Assembly (NCBI GenBank): GCA_963848135.1
Contig: CAWKCK010000017.1
Location: 1-64,000 of the forward strand
Direction of reading: 5' to 3'
DNA length: 64,000 nucleotides
DNA from: an uncultured delta proteobacterium
Lineage (GTDB): Bacteria > Desulfobacterota > Desulfobacteria > Desulfobacterales > SG8-13
Below are positions 35,978-45,562 of the stretch, piece by piece (position 1 is the stretch's first letter; each line of letters starts with the position of its first letter). Below the pieces are notes generated by a model that saw nothing but the letters and a program-made list of their open reading frames with translations, searched no databases and was not told the DNA's origin. The translations under genes were made by a program, and so were the position numbers.

Positions 35978-36035
35978 TTGCCACAGGTCCAACTAACGGT
36001 AAGCGCACAATCTGTAAAGATATTATCTGTCTAAC
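35978..36035 (+). repeat. Array site F
   Basis: TTGCCACAGGTCCAACTA...GATATTATCTGTCTAAC; GATGATAAC and ACAGCA (36070-36075) extension. Confidence 0.8.
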
Positions 36036-36168
36036 TCAAGCAAATCGGCCGGATGATAACTCAAAGGTCACAGCAGGTGTTGTAAGATTCAACGCCATTC
36101 TAAAGGCCGCATTATATTGTGGTAATGTTGAAGCAGAATTGGAATACTTCGGCCGCAGAACTTAATGT

Positions 36169-36843
36169 TTACTCTTCTATACACCCCTTCTGTGAGAGAA
36201 TTTTGTCAAATCCATAAATCTCTATAATTGACTTACCTTCACGAATCTGGTCCATCACTCTTTCTTCTTTGCTTGCTCGCTCTTGTGCTGCTTGAACCAC
36301 TTCTGAAGCCTCTTTCCTTGGTATTACTACGACTCCATCATCGTCGCCGGCCACGATGTCTCCAGGATAAATGATAATGCCACCGAAAGCGATTGGTTGA
36401 TTGATGCTTCCAAGCGTATCTTTCACTGTTCCCTTGATCGAATGCCCCCGTGAAAAAACTGGGAAGCTCATGTTTTTAATAGCCAGACCATCCCTAACCG
36501 AGCAATTTGTCACAAATCCAAGGATTCCCCGGACCTTTGCAGATAGGGATGTAATCTCGCCCCATCCGTCTATTTGGTCTGAATCTCCCATATCAGCCAC
36601 TATCACATCACCTGGCTTGGCAACATCTATGGCCTTTAGAAGCATAAGATTGTCTCCGGCATGGCAATGAACGGTGATAGCCGGGCCGCATAGTCGCATA
36701 CCACTGTAAAGCGGCTTTATCCCGGCGTCTACAGCACCACGGCGCCCCATGGCTTCATGCAGGGTGGCAACGTCCTGCTGACTCACTGAGGATACTATAG
36801 TTTCCTCCGGTCGACGAATATGATAAATCACATGCGGTATCAT
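36169..36843 (-). CDS. RraA/HMG (4-hydroxy-4-methyl-2-oxoglutarate) aldolase family
   Basis: ATLHEAMG, GDNL, WGE, VRD, PGDIVAGDDDGVVVIP. Confidence 0.88.
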   Translation of the reverse strand: MIPHVIYHIRRPEETIVSSVSQQDVATLHEAMGRRGAVDAGIKPLYSGMRLCGPAITVHCHAGDNLMLLKAIDVAKPGDVIVADMGDSDQIDGWGEITSLSAKVRGILGFVTNCSVRDGLAIKNMSFPVFSRGHSIKGTVKDTLGSINQPIAFGGIIIYPGDIVAGDDDGVVVIPRKEASEVVQAAQERASKEERVMDQIREGKSIIEIYGFDKILSQKGCIEE

Positions 36844-36989
36844 TATTATCCTTTCCTTAATTGATCAGACATCCGGGCTTTTTTTGAGGTTTCAAACCCA
36901 TACCAGAATGATTCAGGTATTATTCAGTTTGATTTGAAATGACGGACCGTGGCGCGGTGTAATATAGGTGCTCTCCAATTGAATGTATC

Positions 36990-37047
36990 TTGCCACACAA
37001 ACAAGTATCGGAAATCGCACTAAATATGACGATACGATGTGGCTATC
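36990..37047 (+). repeat. Array site G
   Basis: TTGCCAC...TATCGGAAAT...GATACGATGTGGCTATC, 58 bp. Confidence 0.85.
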
Positions 37048-37182
37048 ATGAAAATAATTCTTTTGAAAGCATTGTGCTCACAGTACAAAGTATATAACGC
37101 TGCTTGTCAATATTAAGTCAGCTTCAGACGCCAATTCCTATGTAACAGCTCTCCTGACACAGGGGGCAACTCGTTATTCGAT

Positions 37183-37482
37183 TCACCTTTTATGCATGTC
37201 AATAATTTTGATTTTCTCGTCATTATTTCCTTTTACGTTTTTAATTTTTGTAAGCAAGTGTGGTGAAACATTCCATTTATGTCCAGATTCGGTAATTATA
37301 GTTACCGTTTTTTTATTGTACTTAACCAAAGTGCCGAATTGCTTACCTCGACCAGGCGCTTCAAAACATATCTTATCCCCCGGACTGAACTGCATCATTT
37401 CTTTGTGGGTATGCATTGAATCTAAGAACTTTAACCTTTCAACTATCTTTTGATTCAATTCAACAAGTTCGTCATAACTCAT
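37183..37482 (-). CDS. Small hypothetical protein
   Basis: 99-aa ORF occupying one array interval; reading frame extends upstream (KIDIDS) to an ATA. Confidence 0.65.
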   Translation of the reverse strand: MSYDELVELNQKIVERLKFLDSMHTHKEMMQFSPGDKICFEAPGRGKQFGTLVKYNKKTVTIITESGHKWNVSPHLLTKIKNVKGNNDEKIKIIDMHKR

Positions 37483-37546
37483 GGAATCAATGTCAATTTT
37501 TATAATTCACATCTCGACATGTTCTTGCTTAAATGAAATTTAGGAT

Positions 37547-37601
37547 TTGTCGCCCTCATCATCGAAATTGGCGTTGAAACTGAATATACGATCTGAATAT
37601 C
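37547..37601 (+). repeat. Array site H (immediately upstream of integrase)
   Basis: 32/35 identity to site L over ATCGAAA.T.GCGTTGAAACTGAATATACG.TCTG. Confidence 0.8.
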
Positions 37602-37660
37602 ATTGATTTACCTCGGGATTTCCCCGGATGTCAAACATCAACAACCAAAGGGGGTAAACC

Positions 37661-38478
37661 ATGAAAGTGTCCAAAGCCGCGAGAATCTGGATCGATTCCC
37701 ACAAAGCCCACTCGGAAAAAAAATACCGTTCGGTCCTATTGGTCAGTTATTGAACGATTCTGCCGTGAGTTCGGTGATGCTGAGATTGAACAGGTTACAC
37801 CGGATGATGTCCTTTCCTTTCTGAACAGCTATACCAACGGTAACAAGCCCTAAACAAAGCGAGTCCGTTATTCCCACCTGTCCGCCTTTTTCAATTTTTT
37901 CCGCAATAACGTCGACCCCGACATAGGCAATCCGTGTGACACACCCATGATCCGAAAGCTTTATCGGGAAAGGGTGGTATCAAGATGGAAAATCATCGAA
38001 AAAGAGACCGTTGACGAGATCATTTTCCGGACTACCAAAATTCGCAATCGATTGATGCTTGAACTGATGGCCCGTGGGGGGATGAGGGTTGGTGAGGTGC
38101 TGAAACTCAGATTGAATGACATTCAGGATCGAAAGCTGATCCTGCGAGAACCGAAGAGCGGGAAAGAACATATGATTTTTTTTATTCCACAAAAGGTGGC
38201 TGATAGACTCCGTGACTACGCCTCTCAGACTTGTAATAGACCAGATGACCGCATTTTCCCGATTACCTATGCAGCAGCCAGGCTGGTTGTAATAAAAGCA
38301 GGAAAGATGGTTGGGATCCACCTGAGACCGCATGACCTGCGGCGACATTCGGCAACCTATGCCCCTCGATCTGGAGTGCCAATCGAAATAGTGAGCAAAA
38401 TCATTCTCCGTCACGCCAATCTGGCAACCAATCAGCGATACAGAGGCGATGAGGTGGATTGAAAACCTACATTGTTAA
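37661..38478 (+). pseudogene. Tyrosine recombinase/site-specific integrase pseudogene
   Basis: GGMRVGEV, KSG, HDLRRH, LRHANL..QRY motifs; A8 frameshift at 37716-37723, in-frame TAA 37851-37853, C-terminal tail in +1 frame. Confidence 0.9.
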
Positions 38479-38526
38479 TGCAAAAAGGGGTGAACCCCAA
38501 TTTGAGTGTCACCCCCTATACTCCAT

Positions 38527-38583
38527 TATGCGATGTGTTTATATCAAGGAAATCGACCGCATGATAACTCACGGATCATAGCA
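38527..38583 (+). repeat. Right half of an array site downstream of integrase
   Basis: TATGCGATGTGTTTATA-TCAAGGAAATCGACCGCATGATAACTC...CATAGCA matches the extensions of sites D/F/J; no TTGCCA box. Confidence 0.7.
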
Positions 38584-38720
38584 GGTATCAAAGCTCCCGA
38601 GTCGATGATGCGCTTCCGAATAATTTACTTTTTAGGCTTTGACTTTTTTGCCCTTCAAGGTATCTTCACATTGAGTTGTGCATTGGAAAACCGGTCTTAA
38701 ATACAATATAGTTAAAAACG

Positions 38721-38754
38721 AAAAAAGGCAGAGCTTATAATAACTCTGCCTTTT
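38721..38754. terminator. Intrinsic terminator-like hairpin
   Basis: AAAAAAGGCAGAG...CTCTGCCTTTT. Confidence 0.6.
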
Positions 38755-38791
38755 AAATATACCACCGAGCAGAAAGGGAGTAACGCTCCGC

Positions 38792-39223
38792 CTATTCTTT
38801 CCCTGCTCCTGCCGGGATGTTGTCAATTACCATGATATCCTGCGTTCCTTCAAATGCCTCTTCACCCGTAGTGAACCCAATTAATGTCAGTGTATTATAG
38901 TCGCCTATGATCAGTCCTTCCAATGTTTTTATTTCATCTGACACGAACTTGGCAACAAAGTTACCCCGATCATCAGATTTCCACCATTCGATTGCAACAC
39001 CGTTGAGAAATACAGACGCTCCAGTCACTAAATAATAGTCGATGTCGGTATGAACAGTGACAATAGCACTTTCACTCTGAATGTTGAGGACATTCGGAGA
39101 AACATCAATCTCGATCTCGATGTCAAAGCCATAACATTTTGCAGGCGCCTGAAAAAACACCAGGGCAAGGACCATGCAACACACCACGGGCAAACAAAGG
39201 GTTTTCGCTTTTCTTAGATCCAT
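38792..39223 (-). CDS. Hypothetical exported protein
   Basis: Signal peptide, RBS AGGAG, acidic beta-rich mature part. Confidence 0.75.
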   Translation of the reverse strand: MDLRKAKTLCLPVVCCMVLALVFFQAPAKCYGFDIEIEIDVSPNVLNIQSESAIVTVHTDIDYYLVTGASVFLNGVAIEWWKSDDRGNFVAKFVSDEIKTLEGLIIGDYNTLTLIGFTTGEEAFEGTQDIMVIDNIPAGAGKE

Positions 39224-39914
39224 TTTTTCTCCTGTCAAGATATTAAAGGTTATTGATAAGTCGCCAGCTGTTATTCATCCATCCAATCCTGGTTTAGTTA
39301 AGATATAAACGTATTGATCAAAAAAAGGTTACAATTTTATTACAAAAAAATAAGAGTAGCCTCTTTAGCCTTTTTCTCAGCTCCTTTCGGTTGAATTCCA
39401 TCGGTGCTGTGGTTCACGTATTTGAAGGCCTCTTCGCCTGAGTTTAACAGTTTTTACGAAACGAACGAACCCTTGAATTTGCAAAAATAATCACGCAAAG
39501 AGCGGTGTAAGCTTCTTGGAATTCCTGCTTGATCAGGTGATAAGTCAAAAGATTACTAATGGGGTTAAAAGCTACCCGACATGTAGTAGTTTAAAGACGC
39601 TATCAGCTGAAATTTAGTGTCGGGTGGGAAATGACCCCCTTAGTAAGTCAAATATTTTATGGTTCAATTCTGAAAACAAATCAGAGGGAGCCCGTTTTTT
39701 TGTTAGATTTTCAGCTTTGTCACTGTCGGTGTTCGTCCTGCAAGGGATCGAGGGTAATAAGCTGGTCGGAGAGTTTCAAAGGACGGGATAGAGGTTGGGA
39801 GCCGCAAAAATGCATGCTTTGGATAAAAAAGACAGATAAATTGAGACCGGACTTCGACCAAAATTATGATATGCTCGAAATCAGCCGCAAATTTGACGCA
39901 GTTATGATTACAGA

Positions 39915-39972
39915 TTGCTAGTTTCGTAACTATCTTAAATTGAATCAATTATATTGATACGGTCAGGATAGA
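39915..39972 (+). repeat. Array site I
   Basis: TTGCTAGTTTCGTAACTATC...GATACGGTCAGGATAG; GATGATAG and ATAGCT (40007-40012). Confidence 0.8.
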
Positions 39973-40209
39973 TCACGTAATTCCGCAGGATGATAGGTGC
40001 GAGACCATAGCTGATAATTTACATAGCCTGATTTGCGATTAATCGGTGTTGGAAATACATCGGAGCGCGTCTTAATTTGCGCTTTGGTTTGCCAATTGAG
40101 TCAATGTTCAAAATGCGAACATAAATCTTCATAAGAAAATATTTTACTGCACACAAACCTGCCCTTTGCCGAGGAACCCGCCTCAAACCAATGCCAATAT
40201 CAGGGGTAA

Positions 40210-41661
40210 CTACTTCATTCCACCCAATCGCAGTGTTTTGAAAATTTTGCGAACGAAAATATAAACCCTCCAAATGGGCTGATGCGGAAAGAACAATTTA
40301 AAAACTACGCTTGTTGCCTCCAATATCACTTGAGGGTATTGTGACTTATCATTGTAAATCAGGAAATTGGGATGGCGGTGGTAGGCGCGCTTGGCGATTT
40401 TTTTAATGGTTAGAATGTCAAGTGCCATAGGTTCAAAGTGCACCGGGTACAGGAAGTTGTCTTTGATCCTATCTCGGTTCGTTTGCTGTAATTTCATGGC
40501 GAGCGGTGCACCTTTGTAAACACGGATGCCGACGCCGATGACCACAAGGTCCCATGGTGAAGCCGCCTCGGCTATGGTCTCAAACGTTTCTTGGAGCGTA
40601 TCTTCCGTTTCACCCGGCGCACCCAGGAGTAAAAACCAAGACGTTGGTATTTTTGCCTGTTGCAATAGTTTCCCGGCCTTCAGTACATCCTCTTTCTGAA
40701 AATTCTTTCCCAAATTGAGTAACGTCTGGTTGCAGCCGGATTCTACTCCCAAATCAACGTCCTGAAAACCAACCTGTTTCATAAGCTCCACCAGTTCTTC
40801 GTCAACCGCTGAAGGGTTCAGACCCAAAGCCCGGCACCGCAGATTTAGACCTTTGACGGCTATGGCCCGTAAAACCGCTTTCGTATGCTCCAGCGGGATG
40901 TTGAATGTACTGTCAGTGAATTCGATTTGGCGAATGCCTGTCTCATATACCAGTGTCTCCACATCATTTGCCACACGCAGCGGATCTTTAAGACGGTAAA
41001 CACTGCCTTCAAGCCGTTTGTAGGTGCAGTAAACGCATCTTAGGGCACAGCCACGTTTGGTCTGGACCTGAATCGGTGAGTTGTATTTACGGTAGCGCCG
41101 TATGTCGATGTAACGGGCAAATTTTATTGATGGCAAGGCATTCATATCGGTAACCGGCAAAGGCGGATTTTCTTCGACTATCATGCCATTCTGTCTTAAA
41201 ATCAATCCGCCCAGACCACTCAGAGGTAAATTCTTTTCCAGCCTCTCAGACAATTCTACCATTGACCGCTCACCGTCGCCTTGAATAGCCAGGGTGAGGT
41301 TAAAAAAATGCAGTATTTCCGCACCACTAATGCCAACCGCGGCACCGCCGATGACAATCGGGCCTTCAAAGGCCGATTTCAGTGGATCGATCACTTCAAT
41401 CTTTACCTGCTCGATAAAAAAAATGGTATTGTATCCAGAGGCGTTGTCGATGTTGCGGATGCCGACTCCGACTATATCTGGTTTGAACTTGCTGAGCGCG
41501 AGGCGGATTTCTAGATCAGTATTTTTTGAAAAACATAGATCCAGAAAAACAACGTCATGTCCCGCGTCTTCCAGAGCTGCGGCAACCGCGCACAGACCGA
41601 AAGGTATTACGGGCCATGGATGCTTGAGCCGATTAGAGTTGATCAACAGTATATTCATCAC
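40210..41661 (-). CDS. B12-binding domain radical SAM protein
   Basis: N-terminal cobalamin-binding domain (IRNID, IGG), KRGCALRCVYC, DSTFN, GAPGET. Confidence 0.9.
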   Translation of the reverse strand: MMNILLINSNRLKHPWPVIPFGLCAVAAALEDAGHDVVFLDLCFSKNTDLEIRLALSKFKPDIVGVGIRNIDNASGYNTIFFIEQVKIEVIDPLKSAFEGPIVIGGAAVGISGAEILHFFNLTLAIQGDGERSMVELSERLEKNLPLSGLGGLILRQNGMIVEENPPLPVTDMNALPSIKFARYIDIRRYRKYNSPIQVQTKRGCALRCVYCTYKRLEGSVYRLKDPLRVANDVETLVYETGIRQIEFTDSTFNIPLEHTKAVLRAIAVKGLNLRCRALGLNPSAVDEELVELMKQVGFQDVDLGVESGCNQTLLNLGKNFQKEDVLKAGKLLQQAKIPTSWFLLLGAPGETEDTLQETFETIAEAASPWDLVVIGVGIRVYKGAPLAMKLQQTNRDRIKDNFLYPVHFEPMALDILTIKKIAKRAYHRHPNFLIYNDKSQYPQVILEATSVVFKLFFPHQPIWRVYIFVRKIFKTLRLGGMK

Positions 41662-41714
41662 AAACTTCTTTCGGAATCAGCCTGATGAATTGAAGTAAAA
41701 AAAATGGCTTGAGC

Positions 41715-41772
41715 TTGCCACAGGTTCAACTATCTGAAATCAGGCCAATTGTGACGATACGACCTGACTATC
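41715..41772 (+). repeat. Array site J
   Basis: TTGCCACAGGTTCAACTATC...GATACGACCTGACTATC; TTGATAGCC and ATAGCA (41807-41812). Confidence 0.85.
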
Positions 41773-41891
41773 TCAAACGGATCAACCAGTTGATAGCCTA
41801 AAGATCATAGCAATGTTATGAAATTCAAACCCTCGTTATGAGCTGCTGCTGTGACTGCTTCTTCCAAAAACACGATATAACTGATCTGCAA

Positions 41892-42191
41892 TCAGATATC
41901 CAAAATTTCAAAAACCTGCTCGTTCACAGGCTTCGTTTTGTCCATCCATGTTTCACGAATGCTGCGAACAAGTGTCTGGTAGGTTCCGGACTCCTTGTTT
42001 TTATAATTGTCCAGATCTTCAATAGTCCTGAAGTGCATTATAGCTCCATATAGAGATGAATCAGTTTTGGAACGGATAAATTCCAAATGCCTCATTCCCT
42101 TGACACCACGAAGCTCTAATGCACTAGTTTGCATCCAACGCTCGGCATCTTTGCCGTCTAATGCATGGTATGTGACCAATCGAAAAATCAT
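41892..42191 (-). CDS. Small ABM-like (dimeric alpha/beta barrel) hypothetical protein
   Basis: 99 aa, RBS AAGGAGG, ABM-like pattern. Confidence 0.65.
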   Translation of the reverse strand: MIFRLVTYHALDGKDAERWMQTSALELRGVKGMRHLEFIRSKTDSSLYGAIMHFRTIEDLDNYKNKESGTYQTLVRSIRETWMDKTKPVNEQVFEILDI

Positions 42192-42354
42192 TCGATATAC
42201 CTCCTTTTCAATCTTGAATAGAAACCAAAATTAGGCAGCAAGTGCAAGGATTTATTGGGCGGCTATCAAGCCCTCAATCTATCATATGATCCAGGTGCCT
42301 TGTGTTATATTGGGGGTAACTTCAATAATTGGCTCTTGTCAAACCATGGGTTAC

Positions 42355-42411
42355 TTGCATTATTTGAAAATTCACCTTACGAAGATTTTATAAAGATATG
42401 ATTTAGTTATC
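42355..42411 (+). repeat. Array site K
   Basis: TTGCATTAT...TTTTATAAAGATATGATTTAGTTATCAC, close to site A. Confidence 0.8.
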
Positions 42412-42503
42412 ACGGGATATCATATCTAATTCAATTTTTCTCAATATGTGATACTTTCTCTTATTTCCAGAGGATATACGTCTTGAAATTTTATCTGTCC
42501 GAC

Positions 42504-44510
42504 CTATGAATCGTCTTCACGTTTTTGCGATGGCGGTTTGCGATCGCTCTCCTCTTCGTCGTCCGGCTCGGCGGAGAGCCGCTCGGACGTTTCCCACACC
42601 TGCGACTCGAAAGTGCCGGCCTCGACCGAGCCCCGCGGCGGATAGTCGAGAGTACCTTTGAGCTGCTCAATTCTGTCGGCCGCAAGTCTTGGAAACGGCA
42701 GCTTGCCGGCTTTGCGCCAAGATGCAACTTCTTTCGCAGCCGTCTCGCCACGCTCACCGTCGAGTCCGTCGTCGCGACCCATGTAGAGGGTCTGTGACGG
42801 AAAGGCAAAGCTGCTTCCCGATTTTTTAACTATATCGCTCATTCGCAGCAAGACGTCTTCGCGTATGGCGTGGAATTCGTTGAAGTCCTGGGTCAGTGCA
42901 TATATCCGGACGCCAATGTCGAGGGAGGATTCACCGAAGTCTGCCAAGCGCACGCGCACCGTGTCGGAGTGGATCTTGGGATGGGCATGGAGCATCTCGC
43001 GAAACTTCACCAGCACATGGCGCAATTGATCATTTTCGGTCTCATAGCGGAGACCGATGGTCGCGCTGATCAGCATCCGATCGCATTTCGCCCAGTTGAT
43101 CAGCTGCATATCTGCGAGGGCGGCGTTGGGAACCGAAATCAAAGTGCGATCGAGCGCCCGGATCTTGGTCGTGCGCACGCCGATGGTTTCGACGGTGCCG
43201 GTTTTGTCACCGAAAGAGCAGAAATCCCCGATCCGCACGGGCTGGTCCAGATAGAGCATGATGCCGCCGATCAGGTTTTCGAGAGTCGGGCGAATCGCAA
43301 GCGCAACTGCCAAACCGCCAATACCTAGTCCAGCCACAACGCTATAGAGAGGCAGTCCCAGCTCCTGTGCTGCATTACCGATGATCACGACGCTGACCGC
43401 GGTCCCGAGTGTACGGGCACCAATTCGCCAGAGTTGCGCGTCGAAGCTACCTTCCGGGATACCCCGTGCCTGAATGATGCGCTCGAAAATGGCGAGCATG
43501 ACCAGCCATAAAAGCCAGACTGCGCCGGCATTAATCAAAATGGTTGCCATATCGGCAACCACGGCCCAAAATGCGCCTGAAACAAAGATTTGGTTGTCAA
43601 TGAAATCCTTTAGGCTCCAGACCACCACGAGGATCGCAATCGGCGTCAGGGCATGACGCAGCAGGAAGCCGACTCGATTTTCGGTTTCGCGGCGATTGAT
43701 CGCACGGTGAAAGAGGAACAGCAGGAGCGTTGCGAGAGCACTAAGGAGGACCACCGCAATGACTTTCCATTTTGGTGTATCCAGCCAGAAGTCGCGCAGA
43801 CTTTGCGGTACGATTCTGAGCACCGCCGCCGGGATCATCGGTCCGGTAATCTGGCGCATAGCGAGATGCCAGCTAATGATGGGCAAAGACGTTTGCAGAG
43901 GCAGATCTTTAATACCTTGGTAGAAACGCGGCGCCACCATAACCGTGCTCTCGCTGAACAGAAACTCTCCCTCGCGCGCTCCCTTATCGGCCTGGACGAT
44001 CCAGATCGGGGTGTCGGGGATGCGCCATTTCGCGGGTGACACACCATCGTCGAAGGCCTCTTCGTCAGGAATACTTTCTATGTTAGGCAATTCGACACGC
44101 CCAAGGATGTCGAGCAAATATGCACTTGTTTCGGTTCCGATCTCATCGCGAAGCGATTGCGGGACAGAGGACAAGTCTAGCAGCTCGTGGAACTGAGAGC
44201 TAATCACGTGCACCTTCTCGGCAAGTTCACGGGATTTGTCCAATCTATAGGATCGCAATGTCTGTTCCAGCTCGTCCCTGAGGCGGAGAAACGATTTGAG
44301 CGTGGCACGCGGGCTGTCCGTTAGGATGGGTCTGAACGTGGGCTTACCGCTGGCAGTCTGCTGCGTCCCCGTGGGCGTGTTCTCCCCGACTGATTTGGTT
44401 TCTGTCGTTTCCTGGGCGTGAATGGAAGTGGCGGCGCAGCAAATCAGGACGAGGGCAAGCCACCACCGTAAGGCGGTGGGGTAATCGAATTTCGAGTACA
44501 AAGTAAACAC
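42504..44510 (-). CDS. MscS-family mechanosensitive channel with periplasmic N-terminal domain
   Basis: AGLGIGGLAVALA, LENLIGG, IGDFC, GTVETIGVRTTKIR, FAFPSQT. Confidence 0.92.
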   Translation of the reverse strand: MFTLYSKFDYPTALRWWLALVLICCAATSIHAQETTETKSVGENTPTGTQQTASGKPTFRPILTDSPRATLKSFLRLRDELEQTLRSYRLDKSRELAEKVHVISSQFHELLDLSSVPQSLRDEIGTETSAYLLDILGRVELPNIESIPDEEAFDDGVSPAKWRIPDTPIWIVQADKGAREGEFLFSESTVMVAPRFYQGIKDLPLQTSLPIISWHLAMRQITGPMIPAAVLRIVPQSLRDFWLDTPKWKVIAVVLLSALATLLLFLFHRAINRRETENRVGFLLRHALTPIAILVVVWSLKDFIDNQIFVSGAFWAVVADMATILINAGAVWLLWLVMLAIFERIIQARGIPEGSFDAQLWRIGARTLGTAVSVVIIGNAAQELGLPLYSVVAGLGIGGLAVALAIRPTLENLIGGIMLYLDQPVRIGDFCSFGDKTGTVETIGVRTTKIRALDRTLISVPNAALADMQLINWAKCDRMLISATIGLRYETENDQLRHVLVKFREMLHAHPKIHSDTVRVRLADFGESSLDIGVRIYALTQDFNEFHAIREDVLLRMSDIVKKSGSSFAFPSQTLYMGRDDGLDGERGETAAKEVASWRKAGKLPFPRLAADRIEQLKGTLDYPPRGSVEAGTFESQVWETSERLSAEPDDEEESDRKPPSQKREDDS

Positions 44511-44651
44511 AGTGATCTCCTCTGTGGACCAATAAAATCATGTTGTTAATATTACGAAAGTGCTGATATATTGAGTTATCTTGTTTCAGAGAAAAGTTAT
44601 GATATGCTCTAAATTTACCTCAAAATTGAAAGATTCCTGGCGGTAGATTTC

Positions 44652-44709
44652 TTGCCAGTCTCGTAACTATCGAAAATAGCGTTGAAACTGAATATACGGT
44701 CTGGCTATA
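44652..44709 (+). repeat. Array site L
   Basis: TTGCCAGTCTCGTAACTATC...TATACGGTCTGGCTATA, 58 bp. Confidence 0.85.
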
Positions 44710-44740
44710 ATATGTAATCCAACGAGCTGCTTTTCTCTTT

Positions 44741-45562
44741 TTATAGTCGCCACGTGATTCTAGGTACATTCCGGATTGGCATGCGTTGATATCGATACTT
44801 TGGATATCCAACCATCATGGAACCAAATGCCTTGTGATCTTCGGGCAGATTTAAGGCCTTTTCCATAGGCGGAAAAGTAGTTGCAGCCGCATTAAAATAG
44901 CCTGCCCAACAGGCCCCCATTCCCAATGTGGTTGAGGCCAATTCCAAGTAAGTCAGTGCGATGTTACAGGCTGCTGGTGCCACACGATTTTCTTTATGGG
45001 CGTGGGCGACTATGACCGCCGGCGCATCTCTAAGAACGACATCATAACCATTCTCATATCGATCTACGGTCCGATCCATATGCATGGACGAGGCAACATC
45101 CGACATATTGGTCAACATCCAGCGCATCCATTCCACCACAATTCCTGAAAGGCGCTTCAACTCCGCCTTATCACCCAAGACCAACCATTCAACCGGCTGT
45201 AAGTTATGGCCGCTGGGAGCATACCGTGCGATATCGATAAGCTTATTCAGATCAGCTTTATCAACAGATTTGTCTTTATACTGACGAATGGAACGTCGGC
45301 TCCTCAAAAACTGTTCGGTTTGTTCGACAGTAATCCTGAGTTCTTTTACTATCGGCGTGCAGCTCTCCAATGGAATATCTACATGGGTAAGACTCGCTGT
45401 GGGGCAAATCGCCACACAATGTCCACAACGGATGCATAGTTCATCAGCGTCATCGATAGGAACGGGTTCTCCCTTTACAAGCTCTATAATACCAGCGGGA
45501 CAAACAGCAGCGCAGATTCCATCTTGATTACACGTTTCATGATTAACAGTAATAAGGTCCAC
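44741..45562 (-). CDS. Nitroreductase with N-terminal 4Fe-4S ferredoxin domain
   Basis: CIRCGHCVAICP; RRSIR, APSGHNLQP; GTG start after AAAGGAGG. Confidence 0.9.
   Translation of the reverse strand: MDLITVNHETCNQDGICAAVCPAGIIELVKGEPVPIDDADELCIRCGHCVAICPTASLTHVDIPLESCTPIVKELRITVEQTEQFLRSRRSIRQYKDKSVDKADLNKLIDIARYAPSGHNLQPVEWLVLGDKAELKRLSGIVVEWMRWMLTNMSDVASSMHMDRTVDRYENGYDVVLRDAPAVIVAHAHKENRVAPAACNIALTYLELASTTLGMGACWAGYFNAAATTFPPMEKALNLPEDHKAFGSMMVGYPKYRYQRMPIRNVPRITWRL

Noticed and set aside
37851..37853. Recoding of the integrase internal stop
   Set aside because: It is TAA, not TGA/TAG, and the gene has additional lesions
41700..41720. TGGCA box of the repeat (minus strand) as a sigma54 promoter
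   Set aside because: In the copies checked (A, F, J) there is no GC at the required GG-N10-GC spacing
30121..44709. Array repeats as CRISPR, attC or dif sites
   Set aside because: Intervals are 0.4-2.4 kb genes, the repeats are degenerate, there are no cas genes, no hairpin or GTTRRRY ends, and no XerC/D 11-6-11 pattern
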